Position numbers and translations under genes: made by a program
Shown here: positions 60,251 through 64,000 of the stretch, piece after piece
Numbering within the stretch: the first letter of the stretch is position 1
How the letters are laid out: each line of letters begins with the position of its first letter
The notes under the pieces: model-generated
Database searches by the model: none
Told to the model about the DNA's origin: nothing
The model's input: only the letters and a program-made list of their open reading frames with translations
From: Felis catus
Lineage: Eukaryota
DNA length: 64,000 bases
Reading direction: 5' to 3'
Assembly: GCF_018350175.1 (NCBI RefSeq)
Contig: NC_058386.1
Location: 126,976,001-127,040,000, forward strand

Positions 60251-60469
60251 TTTTTAAAAAAAATGTTAATGTTTATTTTTCGAGACAGAGAGAGAGAGAG
60301 CATGAGCAAGGGAGGGGCAAAGAGAGAGAGGGAGACACAGAATCCGAAGCAGGCTCCAGGTTCCGAGCCATCAGCACAGAGCCCGACGTGGGGCTCAAAC
60401 CCATAAACCCTGAGATCATGACCTGAGCTGAAGTTGGATACATAACTGACTGAGCCACCCAGGTGCCCC
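60251..60469 (-). mobile_element. CanSINE inside L1 ORF1
   Basis: TSD atacaagggattctt at 60236-60250 and 60470-60484. Confidence 0.93.
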
Positions 60470-62063
60470 ATACAAGGGATTCTTAATAAGATTGAGAGGC
60501 AATTTATCATCAGAAACCAGGGAGGCCAGAAGGTAGTGGGATGACATAGTCTAATATGCTGATAGAAAAAAAAAAGAACAACAACACTACCAAGTAAGAA
60601 TTCTGTATCTGGCAAAATTATCCTCTTAAAGTGAAAGAGAAATTGACATTCTCAGGTAAACAAAGACAGTATTTTTACTAGTAGGTCTGCCTTATAGGAA
60701 TTGCTCAAGTGAGGCCTTCAGGCTAAAATAAAAGAACACTTAAAGGTTAACTAACTTGGATTTAAATTAAACAGTAAAATAAAGTAAAATGAAAGGACAC
60801 TTGACAGTAACTTGAATCCACACAAAGAAATAAAGAATAGCAGAAAGATAACTACATAGTTTGATATAAACATCAGTATTAATGTATTAATTTTCGCTTT
60901 GAAACTTCTGTTTTTATCCCTATAGGATTTAAAAGGCAATTACATAAAGCAACATTTACTAATTGGTTGATAGACAATATGTATAAAGAATTTTTAATAA
61001 TTTTTAATAATAACATAAAAGGATGGGAATGGAGCTAGATAAGAGCAATGTGTATATGATTGAAACTAAGTTGGTATTGATTTCAATTAGGTTGTCAGGA
61101 AATAGGTTAATTGTAATTTCCAGGGCAACCATTGAGGAAATGTCTTTCTAATACAAAAGAAGGCAGTAATGGAGGTATTGAGGAACAAAAAAATGCATGA
61201 CATATAGAAAACAAATAGCAAAATGGCAGAACTCTTAATAATTATGTTAAGTATAAATATAAATAAACTCTCCAATTGAAAGACAACAGTTGTCAGAATG
61301 GATAAAAGAAAAATAACTATCTACAGATGACTCACTTTAGATCCAAAGGCAAAAGTAGTTTGAAAGTAAAAGAATGGGAAACGATATATGCAAATAGTAG
61401 TAGTCAAAGAGAGCTGGAGTACCTTTGCTAATATCAGACAAAGTAGACTTTAAGATAAAAATTGTTACGAGACAAAGGAGGACATTACATAACAATAAAA
61501 GTGTCCAACAAGAAGATAAAACAATTATAAATGTATATACACCTGACAAAAGGGTCCCAAAATATATCATGTAAACATTGACAGAACTAAAGGGAGAAGT
61601 AGATGGCTCAGCAATAGAACAACCAGAAAAAAAAAAAAATAATGAAACAGAACACTTGAACAACACTATCAACCAACTACACCTGACAGACCTATGTGGA
61701 ATACTCCACCAAATAGTAGCTGAAAACACATTCTTTTCAAGTACACATGGGATGCTCTCCACAGTTAAACTGCATGTTAGTCCACAAAGCAAGTCTCAAT
61801 ACATTGTAAAAGATTGAAATCATACAAAACATCTTCTACAAAAATAGAATGAAATCTGAAATCAGCTATATAAGGAAATGTGGAAATTTCACATATATTT
61901 GGAAATTAAATATTCTTAAGCAACCAATGGGATAAAGAAAACATTACAAAGAAATTAGAAAATACTTTGAAAAGAAAATCACAGCATACCAAAATGTATG
62001 AGATGCACAAAAAGCAGTACTGAGAAGGAAATTTATAGCTGTATAATAAAAAAGAAATCAGCC

Positions 62064-62190
62064 AGGAATTCCTGGCTGGCTCAGTCAGTAGAGCATGTGA
62101 GTCTTGATCTTGGGGTTGTGAGTTTGAGCTCCATTTTAGGTGTAGAGAGTACTTAAAAAATAAAATTAAATTAAAATTAAAATAATAATA
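62064..62190 (+). mobile_element. Short old-type CanSINE inside L1
   Basis: cctggctggctcagtcagtagagcatgtgagtcttgatcttggggttgtgagtttgagc + A-rich tail. Confidence 0.8.
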
Positions 62191-62956
62191 AATACCTCAA
62201 GTCATTAACCTCACTTTACACTTTAAGGAAAAAGTGTAACCTAAATACAAAGCAATTAGAAGGAAGGAAATCATAAATGTTAAAGTTGAAGACAAGATAA
62301 GGAATAGAAAAACAGTAGATAAAATAAAATAAACCAAAAGTTATTTGAAAAGATCAACAAAATTGACGTGTCTTTAGCTAGATTGAAAAAGAAAAATGAG
62401 AGAAAACACAAATAACTAAAATCTGAAATAAAAGCAGGCTACCACTACTGACCTTCCAGAAATAAAAAGGATTATAAGGTAAAACTGAACAATTGCATGT
62501 CAACAAATTAGATAGCCTAAATAAAATGGACACATTCCTAGAAATACACAAATTGCCAAAACTGGCTCAAAAAGAAAGAAAACTAGAGCAGACTTATAAA
62601 AAATAGATTGAATCAGTAGTCAAAAACCTCCTGACAGAGAAAACTCCCAAGACCAGATGACTACACTGGTTAATTCTGCCACACACTGAAAAAGAATGAA
62701 CACTAATCCTTCTCAAAGTCTTCCAAAAAATAGGAGAGAGTACTTCTCACTCATTCTTTGAGTCCAGCATTACCCTGATACCAAAGCCAGACAAAGATAG
62801 CACAATAAAAAAGAAAGAAAAAAATTACAAAGCAATATTCCTTCTGAATACAGATACAAAAATTTTCAGGGAAGTATTAGCAAACTGAATCTAACAGCAG
62901 ATTAGAAGGATTATATACCATGACCAAGTGGGATTTATCTCAGACATACAAGCAAG

Positions 62957-63157
62957 TTTTTTTTAATGTTTATTTTTGAGAGAGAAGAGAAAGGATGTGC
63001 ACAAGCAGGGGAGGGGCAGAGGGAGGGAGACAGAGGATCTGAAGTGGGCTCTGCACTGTCAGTAGAGAGCCCAATGTGGGGCTCGAACCCACGAACCGTG
63101 AGGTCATGACCTGAGCCAATGTTAGTTGCTTAACTGACTGAGCCACCCAGGTATCCT
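62957..63157 (-). mobile_element. CanSINE inside L1 ORF2
   Basis: Flanking tacaagcaa duplicated. Confidence 0.9.
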
Positions 63158-63344
63158 ACAAGCAAATTTTAACATAAAGTCAATTAATATATATGAAGGA
63201 AAAAACCCCACAAGATTATCTCAGTTGGTGCAGAAAAGGTATTTGACAGATTCCAACACAGTTTCATAATAAAAACACTCAAAAAACTAGGAATTTAGAG
63301 GATACTCCTCAATATTTATGGACATTTAAGAAGACTCACAGCTA

Positions 63345-63466
63345 GGGGTGATTGGGTGGCTCATTCGGTTGAATGTCTGATTCTTGATTTCAGCTCAGGT
63401 CATGATCTCATGGTGGTGAGCTCAACCCTGCCTTGGGCTCTGTACTGTGCATGGAACCTGCTTAAG

Positions 63467-63518
<52 letters not shown>

Positions 63519-63520
63519 AA
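63345..63520 (+). mobile_element. CanSINE with (CT)n inside L1 ORF2
   Basis: Head, (CT)n tract, short tail. Confidence 0.88.
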
Positions 63521-63722
63521 AACAAAAAGCCTACAGCTAACATTTTACTCAGTAGTGAAAGAGCGAAAACTTTCTAAGATCAGGAACAAGAAAAGTTGCC
63601 CACTTTCACCACTGCTATTCACCACTGTACTGGTAGTGCTAGCCAAGACAATTAAACAAAAGAAATAAAAGGCATCCAAGTTGAAATAAGAAGTAAAACT
63701 ATCTGTATTTGAAGATGACTTG

Positions 63723-63760
63723 ATCTATATCTATATCTATCTATCTATCTATCTATCTAT
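63723..63760. repeat. (ATATCT)n/(ATCT)n microsatellite
   Basis: atctatatctatatctatctatctatctatctat. Confidence 0.9.
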
Positions 63761-64000
63761 AATCAATCCCATACAAGTCCCCCAAAGCTATTAGAGATAA
63801 CAAAAAAATTCAGGAAAGCTGTAGTGTTCAAAATAAATATACAAAAATCAGTTGTATTTCTGTACACCAGCAAGCAACAATCCAAATAGGAAATTAAGGA
63901 AAAAATTCCGTTTACAGTAGCATCCAAAATAATAAAATACTCAGGACAAAATTTAACTGAGGAAGAGAGAGACTTGTAAAGTTAAAAATAGAATACACTG

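Larger units (their letters stand above)
58450..64000 (+). mobile_element. Long decayed L1M element (5' region, ORF1, ORF2 remnants) in BRCC3 intron 7, sense to BRCC3
   Basis: ORFs 59732-59923 (L1 ORF1-like coiled coil) and 61578-61817 (endonuclease-like NNTINQLHLTDL) plus RT-region phrases (gaccaagtgggatttatc, ccactttcaccactgctattc); many stops and frameshifts; runs off the window. Confidence 0.9.

Noticed and set aside
962-63520. tRNA-like A/B-box sequences
   Set aside because: They are tRNA-derived SINE heads followed by SINE body and tail; no standalone tRNA cloverleaf seen.
4324-63668. Recurrent MAQSV/MISRF-type ORF family that looks like a paralogous gene family
   Set aside because: All are translations of CanSINE copies.
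55311-64000. The 25-aa alternative BRCC3 exon known from the long human isoform, and later exons
   Set aside because: Not recognised in this interval; may be lineage-specific or beyond the window, so no absence claim is made.
1-64000. CRISPR arrays, rRNA, prokaryotic operons or defence systems
   Set aside because: Sequence is spliced mammalian DNA; repeats are dispersed SINEs and microsatellites, not repeat-spacer arrays.

Overview
Mammalian genomic DNA, almost certainly from a felid (feline-type CanSINEs, a feline L1 3' tail), from the X-linked block F8 - FUNDC2 - CMC4/MTCP1 - BRCC3. Contents: F8 coding exon 1 and promoter (minus strand; gene runs off the left edge); complete FUNDC2 (5 exons, 190 aa, plus); complete CMC4 coding sequence (68 aa, minus) with MTCP1 nested in its first intron; BRCC3 exons 1-7 (plus; gene runs off the right edge). 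Two promoter CpG islands, one orphan CpG-rich island with a CTCF motif, a truncated RPS19 retrocopy, about 30 CanSINEs, and many old L1/L2/MIR/LTR/DNA-transposon relics. Three of four N gaps sit where coding exons are expected (MTCP1 exons 2-3; BRCC3 exon 5, the JAMM catalytic exon). No prokaryotic-type system, CRISPR array or RNA gene was seen. Best leads: the unexplained CpG island at ~26.5-27.4 kb with several plus-strand splice donors, the BRCC3 AT-AC (U12) intron with a six-SINE stack before its branch point, and an AATAAA embedded in the CMC4 exon-2 acceptor that could act as an MTCP1/CMC4 switch. Gene identities rest on recognition of translated exons from memory; no database search was run. 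Repeat boundaries and subfamily names are approximate.
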